Shown piece by piece: positions 1 to 9,985 of a stretch of 64,000 nt of DNA. Location: IMG/VR virus record IMGVR_UViG_3300030673_000004, positions 310,001 to 374,000 of that record, one strand, 5' to 3'. Made by a program: the position numbers and the translations under genes. Below the pieces are notes generated by a model. That model did not search any database and had not been told where the DNA came from. It saw nothing but the letters and a program-made list of their open reading frames with translations. Position 1 is the stretch's first letter, and every line of letters starts with the position of its first letter.

Positions 1-1
1 C

Positions 2-862
2 ATAGGTGAGTACTCATCCTTCACAGAATATACAGCATTTTTACGTAAGCTGTACACTAAACTAAATGCTACAGCCAATTCAGCTAATAACAAAGCAGAT
101 AAAAATAGTGCTGTTAATCAGATTGTAGATGTCTTAAGTGATATGCTTGATCTAGCAGGTCAATCAGGTGACACAGCCGTAGCCTCCGCATCATCAGCAG
201 CATTTATAGAAAAGATCTTTGCGCCACTAATCAAAGTACCACTCACTACTCGTGAGAAAACAATTCTACCAAAGACCTACCCGGACTATGTTGAAATTGC
301 TCGCTATGTTCATAGCAGAGCAGAACAGGCAGAATTTAATACCTGGCTATTAAATAAGTTAAATGGTATTGTGAAATGTGGACTAGAGCGGTTAGCCGAC
401 CAAAAGAATATCATGGAAGAAACCCGTGATACATTAGGACCCAAAGACTACCTAGTTGAGCTTCAGAAGTATCTAATGGACAACGAATGGATTGGATACA
501 GCAAAAATGAAGTAAAAGAAGCTATAGCAGCCACAAAAGAAATCACACGTGCTGGTTATACCACAAATGTTGATATAGCCAAAGGAAAACAAGTAATACA
601 GCTAGACATTGATGCACTCAAGAGCCATGCATACTTGTATCTAGGTGCCACGCTTGACTCCGAGCTACGTAAAGCCATTTATCGGCTTGCTGACAGTGTC
701 AACAAGAACTACAATATTGAGGGCGGTGCCGCTGGTATGGATGTGCTTATGGCAGCTTCCGCTGTCTATATTCAGGATTTCGCTCGCCAGTGGCTCACAA
801 AGCTGATCAAGGTGTTCAACGACATTGATTTTGATGCTGAAAAGACAAGCAAGAAGCCTTGA
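2..862 (+). CDS. Hypothetical helical protein, 5'-truncated at the window edge
   Basis: The frame of ORF 143..862 stays open back to position 2 (IGEYSSFTEY...DVLSDM), so the gene starts upstream of the window. No recognisable motif. Confidence 0.75.
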   Translation: MGEYSSFTEYTAFLRKLYTKLNATANSANNKADKNSAVNQIVDVLSDMLDLAGQSGDTAVASASSAAFIEKIFAPLIKVPLTTREKTILPKTYPDYVEIARYVHSRAEQAEFNTWLLNKLNGIVKCGLERLADQKNIMEETRDTLGPKDYLVELQKYLMDNEWIGYSKNEVKEAIAATKEITRAGYTTNVDIAKGKQVIQLDIDALKSHAYLYLGATLDSELRKAIYRLADSVNKNYNIEGGAAGMDVLMAASAVYIQDFARQWLTKLIKVFNDIDFDAEKTSKKP

Positions 863-887
863 CATAAGCACAAAAATAAACTATATT
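859..887 (+). promoter_or_regulatory. Sigma70-type promoter TTGACA-N17-TATATT
   Basis: TTGACA 859-864, 17-nt spacer taagcacaaaaataaac, TATATT 882-887. Same hexamers and the same ACAAAAwTAA spacer core as the promoters at 61658-61686 and 62621-62649. Confidence 0.8.
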
Positions 888-923
888 GTATCAACCTGCC
901 TATTTTAGGACGGTTGACCATCC

Positions 924-950
924 AAGGGCACCGAAAGGTGCCTTTTTGTT
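924..950 (+). terminator. Intrinsic terminator in the leader of the GGCT-domain gene
   Basis: Stem aagggcacc / ggtgccttt with a GAAA tetraloop, followed by ttgtt. It lies between the 859 promoter and the RBS/ATG at 961. Confidence 0.75.
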
Positions 951-960
951 GAAAGGATTT

Positions 961-3930
961 ATGGACAGCAACGACCAAAATAGTAAGGATCTGGATAAGG
1001 TTGGCTCTTCTGTGCGCACAGTAGACGGTATTGTATCTGTTACTAACCAAAGTGCAGCAGCAGCAGCCGATCCAACCCTGGCATCGCTCCGGAATAAGAT
1101 CAAGCAGGTATTAGACGCAAACGTACCCGGCGAAAAAGACATGACAGACGAGCAAAAACAAGCCTTTGATGCCCTGTTGGAAAAACCGCAGTATCGTATG
1201 CTCAGCCTCAAAGGTGACGGCCTGTATGTAACCATTGCTACTTTAATCTACGGGAAGTATGCCAAGCTTTCAGGTACGCAGGAATCCGGACTATTCGTAC
1301 ACCTGCTGTGTCTCCCATACGTCTCCGGCTCTACGGCTAACAGCACTATCAAGAGTATCACCAGTATGGCAGATATGCTTGAAGCCGACCTCAAGCCTGC
1401 ACTCCCAAAGTCCCGTTTTAAGATTATCGACACGATCTGCACGTTACTTCGTGATGGCGCAACAGACCTGTCAAGCCTTCTCACAGATCAAGAAATTGCT
1501 ACCGAGATCCAGAAGGAACTGAATCGGAAGACCTCGTCCCTCGCCAATCCACTAAAAAACACATGGGCATTTAGTGCATACACCGTTTTGACAGAACTAC
1601 TGGAAACTAAAATGGGTGTTGACGAGAAGTTTCAGAAAGCCGTCACTGCATTTGTACGGGGTATCGTTACTTTCTACACACAACTGCAGCGAGCCATTTC
1701 GGCTATTGACTTCCCGGATGCCAGTGACAATGACTTTACCTATGAAACAACGGAGTTGTTCAGCGCTGTTAATGAACTAAACGCACAGATCACTACAAAC
1801 CCGGACGAATCAAAGGTCACAGCAACTCTCGCATCTGCTATTCTAGAGCACCGCAAAACAATTAAGGGACTCTGGGCAGATCAAGAATGGCTGCAAATTC
1901 CTTTTCTGGTACCTACACAAGTTGCTGCGTTCAAGACGCAGTACACTAAAGATCTTCTTGCCATGCAGCAAGAGTGTCTGCGTATTTCTGCCTCAGACAC
2001 TGATGAAGTCGCAAAGCGCACCAACTACACAAAGAATCTAGCAGCTTTACATGATCGCATTTCCGTACTTGTGAATCGGTATGGCGGCTGTCTTTCTGTA
2101 TATAAAGCTGCTGGATCAGAGCTTCGGTATTACACGAGTCTAGCTGAGAAGTTCCTGGCATCCAGTGCGCGTATTCTAGCAAACCCAGAAGACACGGTTG
2201 ATGCTAAAGAGAAGCACAATATTGGAGCGCAGCTTCAAGATCTCCGTTCGGAGATTAAAGCAATCATTGAAATGGTTGCTGATAGCAACGTAGAACCAAC
2301 CCGACTCTATGGTGAAGGTGATGATGCGGCTGTTGCCATTGTATCGTACTACGTAGACATGCACAGGTGTCTCTGGTCATTCCTGCACAATGAACCAGTA
2401 CCGGAACTAAGTAAGAAGTTTTCAAATGCCATGGGCTATATCTCCTGGTTAAAGAGTCTGTATGAGCTAAACCACAAGTTCACACAGAACGTACCTAGTT
2501 CCCTATTCACTGAACATACGACGGAGGAAGAAGAACTAGGAGAAGATGATCAGGAAATCCTTGATTTATCGGACCCCGGTAGCGATCCGGAGTATGGTCC
2601 CAAACCAGACTTGGGTGGATTGCCCCCAAGGGGCAAAGTGTACACAAGTCCTCTTACCATGTACCAGGAAGATGCTGCGTTTCACAAGTTCTATGATGAA
2701 TGGGCAGATGCCTATGACAACATTGCGGATGCTTTTGAATTCTATATGGAAGACAAGGATGTTCAACAGGACTACGAGGATTTGGTAGCAGAAGAAACAG
2801 CACCTAGTACTTCAACGACAACAGAAGTAAGTACAGATGAGCAGCAATCAAGTACTACAACGCCGAGCATATCAACAAATGCGCCACCGGATCGTATGAG
2901 TGGACAATCATCTGCCAGCCTTAGCGTCAAGCAGGTTTTAGATAACTTCAAGGGCAATGTTGCTGTTGTTGTAAAGCACCATGCAAATGCACCTAAGTAC
3001 TGGGCAGCAAACTGGGCAGCCTATTGGAATGAATACGAAAGGAACCTAAAGAAGAACTACGGAAAGAAGCCAGCTCGCGCTGCTCGTAGGCAGGAAGAGG
3101 ATATTGTTGGCATCATGCAGTACAAGAGAGCATACAATGATCTCCCTGCTACGATGTTTTTTCGCTCCTATAGCAAACCTAGTACGCACACCACAACAGT
3201 AACCGCTATTCAACCGAAGGATGAAGATTACAAGCACTACTATTTTGCCTATGGCAGCAATTTAGACACAGAGCAGATTGCCAAGCGCACACCATATGCA
3301 AAATTCGTTGGTAGAGTAGCCCTAAAGAACTACAAACTGACCTTTGTGACATACAATTACACATGGAAAGGTGGCGTTGCGAACATTGAACCGTCTGAGG
3401 GCGACGTAGTTTATGGTATCTTATGGCACTTCACTGATGATATGCTCACAAAAATGGATCGCTATGAAGGCCATCCGCACAAGTATGTGCGACACGATGT
3501 CCAAGTACAGAATCTATCCAGTAATACCAACGGACTTCCGCAAGAACTGACAGCGGCTGCTTATGAAATCCAGAACAAATGGGATGTTCATAAGTTTTAC
3601 CCCTCGGGTGAAAATTACTATGAACAGATTAAAGCGGGATACGAGAAGTATCAGTTCCCGCTAGTTCTCCTGGAAGAAGCCCAAAAGTACAGCACAGAGC
3701 ATAAGGTAGACAGGACTAGCGCCTACTACACAGGTGGGTATAACTACGGCGGTAGCCGCTATGCTAACTCGTACTATGGACAAGATGACGACTACTGGGA
3801 CAAGCAATACCCACGTACTGCAACAGGATCGTCTGTGGGCGTAACAAGGTCTCGGGACAGTTCTATCTTCAGTCCTGCTCGCTGGTATCTGGACATGACA
3901 AAGAACTGGTGGGAAGCCTCTGAAGTCTGA
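961..3930 (+). CDS. Large protein with a C-terminal gamma-glutamylcyclotransferase (GGCT/AIG2-like) domain
   Basis: YFAYGSNLD...GGVANI...VYGILW...MDRYEG is the GGCT family signature (from ~3235). Start moved from the TTG at 886 to ATG 961 because of SD AAAGGA and because 886 lies inside the promoter. The N-terminal region is helical and unassigned, followed by acidic and Ser/Thr linkers and a Tyr/Gly-rich tail. Confidence 0.8.
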   Translation: MDSNDQNSKDLDKVGSSVRTVDGIVSVTNQSAAAAADPTLASLRNKIKQVLDANVPGEKDMTDEQKQAFDALLEKPQYRMLSLKGDGLYVTIATLIYGKYAKLSGTQESGLFVHLLCLPYVSGSTANSTIKSITSMADMLEADLKPALPKSRFKIIDTICTLLRDGATDLSSLLTDQEIATEIQKELNRKTSSLANPLKNTWAFSAYTVLTELLETKMGVDEKFQKAVTAFVRGIVTFYTQLQRAISAIDFPDASDNDFTYETTELFSAVNELNAQITTNPDESKVTATLASAILEHRKTIKGLWADQEWLQIPFLVPTQVAAFKTQYTKDLLAMQQECLRISASDTDEVAKRTNYTKNLAALHDRISVLVNRYGGCLSVYKAAGSELRYYTSLAEKFLASSARILANPEDTVDAKEKHNIGAQLQDLRSEIKAIIEMVADSNVEPTRLYGEGDDAAVAIVSYYVDMHRCLWSFLHNEPVPELSKKFSNAMGYISWLKSLYELNHKFTQNVPSSLFTEHTTEEEELGEDDQEILDLSDPGSDPEYGPKPDLGGLPPRGKVYTSPLTMYQEDAAFHKFYDEWADAYDNIADAFEFYMEDKDVQQDYEDLVAEETAPSTSTTTEVSTDEQQSSTTTPSISTNAPPDRMSGQSSASLSVKQVLDNFKGNVAVVVKHHANAPKYWAANWAAYWNEYERNLKKNYGKKPARAARRQEEDIVGIMQYKRAYNDLPATMFFRSYSKPSTHTTTVTAIQPKDEDYKHYYFAYGSNLDTEQIAKRTPYAKFVGRVALKNYKLTFVTYNYTWKGGVANIEPSEGDVVYGILWHFTDDMLTKMDRYEGHPHKYVRHDVQVQNLSSNTNGLPQELTAAAYEIQNKWDVHKFYPSGENYYEQIKAGYEKYQFPLVLLEEAQKYSTEHKVDRTSAYYTGGYNYGGSRYANSYYGQDDDYWDKQYPRTATGSSVGVTRSRDSSIFSPARWYLDMTKNWWEASEV

Positions 3931-3962
3931 TAGTTCTGGCCGCTGCGTAACTTCTTTTCAGA

Positions 3963-5579
3963 ATGTCAATCGCAGTGGCCAGAACTTTTTCTGATAGTGA
4001 CGCTTTTTCCAGCGCAAACGACTCACGTATAAAATGCGGGTTTGAGTTGGAGTGTGCCTCTGAATACAGTATAGAGGATTTCCAACAAAAACTATTACAT
4101 GGTGGGTTTGGGTTCACCAACTGGAATGATAGACCAGAAGGTAATCTACGAGCTTCAGACCACTATGGCCATGGGTACTCTAGCCTATGGAATATTGAAA
4201 AAGACGGCTCTATTCCAACAATGGGGCGGTACTCGCATCAAGTAGAGTTCAAATCTCCACCGCTACCCCTAAAAGAAACACTTGACTGGATAGAGAAGCT
4301 CTTTCCATTCATAAGCGAGTTTGCAATAGCGGCAAATAAAACCGCAGGATTTCATACCTCATACAGTATTGAAGGTGTAGATCTATATAGACAAACCAAC
4401 TTCATTAAGCTACTAATGATGCTTGGTGAGCCTCATATAGCAGAAGAGTTAGATCGTGGTGGGAACTACTATGCGGCACAACTTCTAGATGTTATAAAGA
4501 ATAAAATACAAGAGAACTATAAATCTCGTATGTCCGAAGCTGCAAAGGCTCAGTACTTTAGAGATTTATTAGATAACAACATACGATGGGATTCATATTT
4601 CTCAACAACTGAGAGATATTTTTCTATTAATCTACTACACGCACGTGATAACTATGTGGAATTTCGTCTTCTTGGTGGAAAAGACTACTTAAAAAAAGTA
4701 CCGCAAATCAAGCGCATGATAGCTCGGTTTGCCTATGCACTTAAAGTAGCTACCGATCCCAGAGCGTACAGAGATGAGTATTCAGCACTACTGTACACTA
4801 TGCTGCACGGTGAAGATGAAGACACGTCTATACAGTATTCAGAGCTACGCTGGCGTATAGAAACAGCGCAAAGTAGAATAGTTATATACCATAAAGAATC
4901 AAACAAAGCATATATAGCTCTATTCTATCGCAATAACATACAGGATAAAATCATCTATGACTATACTTGGTTAGATCAAACATTAGCAGAAGCAGATAAA
5001 GAACTAATTCGTAGGCGGGTAACATCTTTAATTAGCCGCCCAACAGTATGCTCAGGTATAGAATTACCACTCATATATACCAAAGATTTACTAGGCGAGT
5101 TCACGTACCAAAAAATAGATCAAATAGCCGCGAATAACCCCGGCACATATGAATGGGCGCTTAAGGCATTTGATTCTTTGGAGGTACTGCCATCACGAGT
5201 GGTAGCGTCTAATATATTACAAAGTGAAAATTACAAAGCAATACGAGAGTTTGTCCGACTAGCACTTCGATCCTCTGAAGATACACTAATACGAGCTCTT
5301 ACACATAAGATACTAAATGATCCTGAATTATACAGTCATTTTGTCAATACTCATGGCGAACTCATAGATAGAGAAAGTTACTGGGAACACTTAGGTGTAA
5401 CACAGTATCAAAAATTCGCACCGTTTGAGCATGAACTTCTTAACAGATTCAAAGACTCTGACGATCTAGGTCTAGAAGACTTGGGCACCCAAGAGATTGA
5501 GGATGTTCATTTTGAGCCCACCACCGCCCCAGTAAGAAGGAGGCGCAGGAGGCATACTCCCGATGAGGCGGAAGACTAA
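3963..5579 (+). CDS. Putative amidoligase (COOH-NH2 ligase, glutamine-synthetase-like fold)
   Basis: Motifs GFELE, W.I..DGSI, VEFKSP, TAGFHTS, RYFSINL and VEFRLLGG match the phage amidoligase pattern. The C-terminal ~250 aa are unassigned. Confidence 0.8.
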   Translation: MSIAVARTFSDSDAFSSANDSRIKCGFELECASEYSIEDFQQKLLHGGFGFTNWNDRPEGNLRASDHYGHGYSSLWNIEKDGSIPTMGRYSHQVEFKSPPLPLKETLDWIEKLFPFISEFAIAANKTAGFHTSYSIEGVDLYRQTNFIKLLMMLGEPHIAEELDRGGNYYAAQLLDVIKNKIQENYKSRMSEAAKAQYFRDLLDNNIRWDSYFSTTERYFSINLLHARDNYVEFRLLGGKDYLKKVPQIKRMIARFAYALKVATDPRAYRDEYSALLYTMLHGEDEDTSIQYSELRWRIETAQSRIVIYHKESNKAYIALFYRNNIQDKIIYDYTWLDQTLAEADKELIRRRVTSLISRPTVCSGIELPLIYTKDLLGEFTYQKIDQIAANNPGTYEWALKAFDSLEVLPSRVVASNILQSENYKAIREFVRLALRSSEDTLIRALTHKILNDPELYSHFVNTHGELIDRESYWEHLGVTQYQKFAPFEHELLNRFKDSDDLGLEDLGTQEIEDVHFEPTTAPVRRRRRRHTPDEAED

Positions 5580-6970
5580 TGAGTTCAAGCGAAATTCAAA
5601 ATAGGTTAGTAAAGTACATAGCAAATTTGGATCCTGACGCGGACACTGTACAAGGTCCTATCTATGATCTAATGCTACAACCCATACCATCAGAAATTGA
5701 CCTAGCAGCTACTAACGCGGCACAGCTTCTTTCTCTATATGGAAGAATTAATAATGCGTCTCAACTAACTACAGACGAACTAGAAGCTGTTGGGTTGAAC
5801 TTACGGGTATCCCGTGTTGCTGGATCTAAAGCTACCGTTGACCTTAAATTTGTGCTCTCAAGCAAGCCAACGACAACAGTATCTATCCCAACAGGTACAG
5901 CAGTAGCGACATCTGATTATAAATATGTATTTGTAACCAATTATGGTGTAACAATCACACCAGCAGCCGCATATGCCTTCTACAATAATACAACAGGTAA
6001 ATACGAAGCCTATGTTTCAGCTACTGCGCAAAACGTAGGATCCGGATATAACTTACCACTAAACAAAATAACAACATTAGTAAGTTCCCTGACCAGTGTG
6101 CAAACAGTCACCAATACAGTAGCAGCTTCTGGTGGAACAGATGCCAGTGATAATCTCTCATATTACACTAGAGTTCAAACAGCACTCAACGGTATGGACC
6201 CATCAAGCCTATCCGCATACTTTAATGCAATTTCACGAGATACTACATATCGAGATTACACATTATTTGTATCAGCAGCAGACAGAACAAAGTTCAAACG
6301 TCGCATGGTAGGGAATGCCTTTGATGTGTATTTAGGAACACCTAGCTATGCTACATATGTAGACGAATTTACATATACAAGCGGTGCTCAAGTATTTACG
6401 CTCGGAACTGGCCCTGTATATGCTGTTCAATATGTTACAGTCAATAGCGAAGTCCTGAGTACAGATTATTGGAAACTTTCCCTGGATACAAGTGTAGAAT
6501 ATACCAAGTCAACCGCAGGAAACAACACAGTTACATTAACAAATACACTAGCATCTAATGATACAGTAAGCATATATTACACTGTTAATAAAAACTGCCT
6601 AGATGTGCAAACAGCACTAAATACATTAAATCCGCAAAATGTAACATTTCTAGTTCGAGAAATGACAAAAGTACCTGTACAAATAGCTATCTCATTAGTT
6701 GCCACACAAGTAACATCATCTACGATAGACTCAGTTACAACACTTGTATCTAGTTTGTGCAATGACCAACAAACAGACACACTTACAGTATACGATGTCC
6801 AAAACGTAATAACAGCAGCACTACCCTCCATAAGATTAGCCACAATTACCAAACTACGAAGAAGCGCTAATTCTGCAGGGGATGCTATTCAAAATATCAG
6901 TTTAGCCTTCAATGAGATGCTAAGTCTAGATGTAGATAATGGCGATCTTGTAATTACGGCATCAACCTAA
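5579..6970 (+). CDS. Baseplate J-like wedge protein
   Basis: R..GSKATV.L.F...IPTGT.VAT...F.T...V.ATA..VGSGYN...ITTL...VTN..AASGGTD..D..Y..R is the typical baseplate J pattern. Confidence 0.8.
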   Translation: MSSSEIQNRLVKYIANLDPDADTVQGPIYDLMLQPIPSEIDLAATNAAQLLSLYGRINNASQLTTDELEAVGLNLRVSRVAGSKATVDLKFVLSSKPTTTVSIPTGTAVATSDYKYVFVTNYGVTITPAAAYAFYNNTTGKYEAYVSATAQNVGSGYNLPLNKITTLVSSLTSVQTVTNTVAASGGTDASDNLSYYTRVQTALNGMDPSSLSAYFNAISRDTTYRDYTLFVSAADRTKFKRRMVGNAFDVYLGTPSYATYVDEFTYTSGAQVFTLGTGPVYAVQYVTVNSEVLSTDYWKLSLDTSVEYTKSTAGNNTVTLTNTLASNDTVSIYYTVNKNCLDVQTALNTLNPQNVTFLVREMTKVPVQIAISLVATQVTSSTIDSVTTLVSSLCNDQQTDTLTVYDVQNVITAALPSIRLATITKLRRSANSAGDAIQNISLAFNEMLSLDVDNGDLVITAST

Positions 6971-8616
6971 TGGGAACATCAACATACACAGTTGCATCGT
7001 CAGCAGCATCCTTAAGTGTAGACTTTGGCCCCGAACGCTATGTCTACGAACGATTACTTTTTGGGTCCAATGTGACCCCAGGAATGCCACAAGGAGATTT
7101 CTATGACATGCGTGGCTACCCGGTACCCCATACACCGTATGATGTTACTAGTATATCACTGCAGCTACCGAAGGGCTCCGCTCTAGTTGGAACTAATCTT
7201 AAGATTGAAATCATTAGAGATAGCCCGCAGAAGTACGCATCCTTTGAAATCGTCAATTTTGTACCGACTAGCGAAGAAACAAACTTTGGGGTTAGACTAG
7301 ACAAAGGACTAAACTGGCTAAAAGTCAGTGACAGCTCTAATAATGTAATCGGTTCTTTTGCACTATCTGCTTCTAGATTTGCTACTTTTCTGTATGCAAT
7401 AGCTGTAGATATCTATAAAAAATTATGGGAACCTATTGATGCAACAGCATCAGAAGTATTCAAAACATATTCAGGACTCTTTACTAATCTAATTAGCTTT
7501 AACGATCTTCTGCCGCAAGCAGGTAGCAGGCATATTCTCTCTATCTACTTAACAATGCGAGCACTTGTTCCGAAGGTAGGAACAGAAGAGGGACTCACAC
7601 TCCTATCTCAAGCTATTCTTGATCAGACGCCCATATTTAGATCTATCACGGAAAATGACCGGCTAGCACCTTGGCTTAGTCCAGACCCATCGACAGCATT
7701 ATCACAAGTCGGAAGAGAAGTGCATATTTGGTCCTATGATGATACAGCTACACAAATTATGCAATTTGGTAGAATATGTAAAAACATCGGTAACAATGTA
7801 ACGCAACATGATAAGTATGGTGCATTAGTTGATGGGTTACAGTATGATTGGAGACATTACTTAGACAGTACCGTTAAATCCGCTAGTCTGCGAACAATGC
7901 CCCGGTATGATGGTCATGTAACATCTATCAAAACTGTAGTAGACACAAAGTTCTCCTGGACAGAAGGCCGACGTTCTATAGTACAATTCCCCGGACTATG
8001 GGACGGAAATGTTCCCTACTTAGACCAAGGTGTTCTATACGACCAGGGTCTATTATTTGATAAAGCTGATACAACAGGTCCTATGGGATATCACGGCTGG
8101 GTCGGCGTGCCTATAATGCCAGCACCTAAATTCAGTGAAGCTGCTAGTGAAGGACGCCCAAACATGTCCATCCTAATAGCAGTAGAATCGACATCAGAAC
8201 TTCAAAATTCTCTTAATTATAAATCCTTGGATGTAGCAACATCATATGATTGGGGAACCGCTACATCGTTCACAGAAACGGTAGCAAATCTAAATACCTT
8301 ATCTAGCGCAGACTGGACAGATACAACTACAACAATTGCAGCAGATGCTACTGTCGATAACTTATCTGTGATATCAGTAACACTTACAGAAACATCCCAA
8401 GTTGCACATATCCACACAGTACGACTTATTACTGTAGGTGAATGGAAAGCTATCTTGGGAGGGACACCCTTAACAGTTCAATCTAATCTAAATACTAATG
8501 GCGATCACTACCACCAAATAACGATAGCCTACAGCAATAACAGGATACAAGTAAGCGTAGCAAACAATCATGGGCATCTAATAAAAATAGATATTCCTAC
8601 AGGATTAGGATTATGA
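6970..8616 (+). CDS. Probable baseplate wedge protein (gpI-like position)
   Basis: Directly follows baseplate J (TAATG overlap). Contains KVGTEEGL and WDG..YLDQG..YDQG..FD motifs reminiscent of wedge/gpI-type proteins. Confidence 0.45.
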   Translation: MGTSTYTVASSAASLSVDFGPERYVYERLLFGSNVTPGMPQGDFYDMRGYPVPHTPYDVTSISLQLPKGSALVGTNLKIEIIRDSPQKYASFEIVNFVPTSEETNFGVRLDKGLNWLKVSDSSNNVIGSFALSASRFATFLYAIAVDIYKKLWEPIDATASEVFKTYSGLFTNLISFNDLLPQAGSRHILSIYLTMRALVPKVGTEEGLTLLSQAILDQTPIFRSITENDRLAPWLSPDPSTALSQVGREVHIWSYDDTATQIMQFGRICKNIGNNVTQHDKYGALVDGLQYDWRHYLDSTVKSASLRTMPRYDGHVTSIKTVVDTKFSWTEGRRSIVQFPGLWDGNVPYLDQGVLYDQGLLFDKADTTGPMGYHGWVGVPIMPAPKFSEAASEGRPNMSILIAVESTSELQNSLNYKSLDVATSYDWGTATSFTETVANLNTLSSADWTDTTTTIAADATVDNLSVISVTLTETSQVAHIHTVRLITVGEWKAILGGTPLTVQSNLNTNGDHYHQITIAYSNNRIQVSVANNHGHLIKIDIPTGLGL

Positions 8617-9089
8617 AAGTAATTCATTTTACAGATTCAAAAATTGGTGGCGTAATCCAAATAAATGCAGATCTTAGTTTTAATAACAGTGATTCAATAC
8701 AGTTTGATGTCATACGCACACCCACGAGTACACTAACTAACACATTAGGATTATCTGTAAAAGTAACCCAAAATGGATCTGTATCTGTCTCGGCACTAGT
8801 AGACAACGTCTGGGTTCTTCTCAAACAAACACATGTTAATACACCAGCACATATAAATATAGTTAGATCCGATGTATTTATATGGTCTGTAGTTGTAGCA
8901 TCACAATTAGATCAAGCCTTGAATAAAACAATAGTTATAGACCACCAAGATGATTTCTTAGCCGAACTTCTAAGTAGTGCTACGCTAGTACAAGAGCGAG
9001 CAAGCCAGGTAACGGTAGATTTGTACACAACAAGTTTAACCTGTCTTACAAATTTAGTCATAGAAGCGGATAGGAATGTCTGGAACTAA
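8613..9089 (+). CDS. Hypothetical, probably virion beta-rich protein
   Basis: ATGA-coupled ORF within the baseplate operon. Confidence 0.6.
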   Translation: MKVIHFTDSKIGGVIQINADLSFNNSDSIQFDVIRTPTSTLTNTLGLSVKVTQNGSVSVSALVDNVWVLLKQTHVNTPAHINIVRSDVFIWSVVVASQLDQALNKTIVIDHQDDFLAELLSSATLVQERASQVTVDLYTTSLTCLTNLVIEADRNVWN

Positions 9090-9609
9090 CGAAACACTGA
9101 TAGCAGAGGGCGTAAGCATCCAAGAAGCTGCGCAGTTATGTGAGACTGTACTAGCTACCAATCAAGCTATCCCCTGTGTTACACCACTTGATGAAAACAG
9201 CTATACAGTCACGGCACGACCCTACAGTGGTGGCTTCCGTCCCTACACACGTTGGCCAATACGTATAGTGGATCATAACATTCGCTTCAAAGTAACAAAG
9301 CCTTACAGGCAACCGGAAGTTCTACCTTTTGTTTATCCAACAGATGTCAAGGACTATAGCGAACTTCTCCAAAATAAAGCAGAAGACTCCCTACTAGAGT
9401 TACAACGAGAAGCTGCTGAGAGAGAACAAGAACACGAAGATGCCTATGTGCGCACGCAGCAACACATAGCTGAAAAACTTGGACTTGTAGATGAAGTTCA
9501 GCTAATCAATAAAAATGCCGTTCCAGAAAAAGCGGTACGGGATACTATTGACAGCATACTTCGCAGAGGATTTTTCATAGACCCAGGTAAAGAAGAAGAG
9601 GATACTTAA
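9076..9609 (+). CDS. Hypothetical protein
   Basis: Overlapping co-directional ORF. No motif recognised. Confidence 0.65.
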   Translation: MSGTNETLIAEGVSIQEAAQLCETVLATNQAIPCVTPLDENSYTVTARPYSGGFRPYTRWPIRIVDHNIRFKVTKPYRQPEVLPFVYPTDVKDYSELLQNKAEDSLLELQREAAEREQEHEDAYVRTQQHIAEKLGLVDEVQLINKNAVPEKAVRDTIDSILRRGFFIDPGKEEEDT

Positions 9610-9611
9610 TT

Positions 9612-9944
9612 ATGGCTGGACATACATTCAAGCGTCGTGGCAAGATTACTGAAGAAGATCAAGAGAGCTCCTACAACCAGCTAGTAAGAAACCAAAGTCC
9701 AAAAGCTATACAAGATTTTATTGTAGAGAATTTCAAAGGACAGGGAAACACAGATATTCGACCAGACATAGCAGACATCAATAATATCAGATATCTACTA
9801 GCACTAAGTCTCGGTGGGTCTGCGACACCGGTAGGAGAATTCTTTGGTGCGTGCTTTGAATATTTCCAAAGACATAATGCGCATTATAAAGAAAAACTTA
9901 TGCAGCTTGAAGTAGCTGCCAAGAATAAACTCGTCACAGAGTAG
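9612..9944 (+). CDS. Hypothetical protein
   Basis: Closely spaced ORF. No motif recognised. Confidence 0.65.
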   Translation: MAGHTFKRRGKITEEDQESSYNQLVRNQSPKAIQDFIVENFKGQGNTDIRPDIADINNIRYLLALSLGGSATPVGEFFGACFEYFQRHNAHYKEKLMQLEVAAKNKLVTE

Positions 9945-9985
9945 CTAATAAGAAGCAACTTCTCTTAGACACGAGGATACTTTCT

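Noticed and set aside
5520-5560. Poly-Arg run (RRRRRRH) as a nuclear localisation signal implying a eukaryotic virus
   Set aside because: SD sites, sigma70 promoters, intrinsic terminators, baseplate J and a DnaG-type primase all indicate a bacteriophage.
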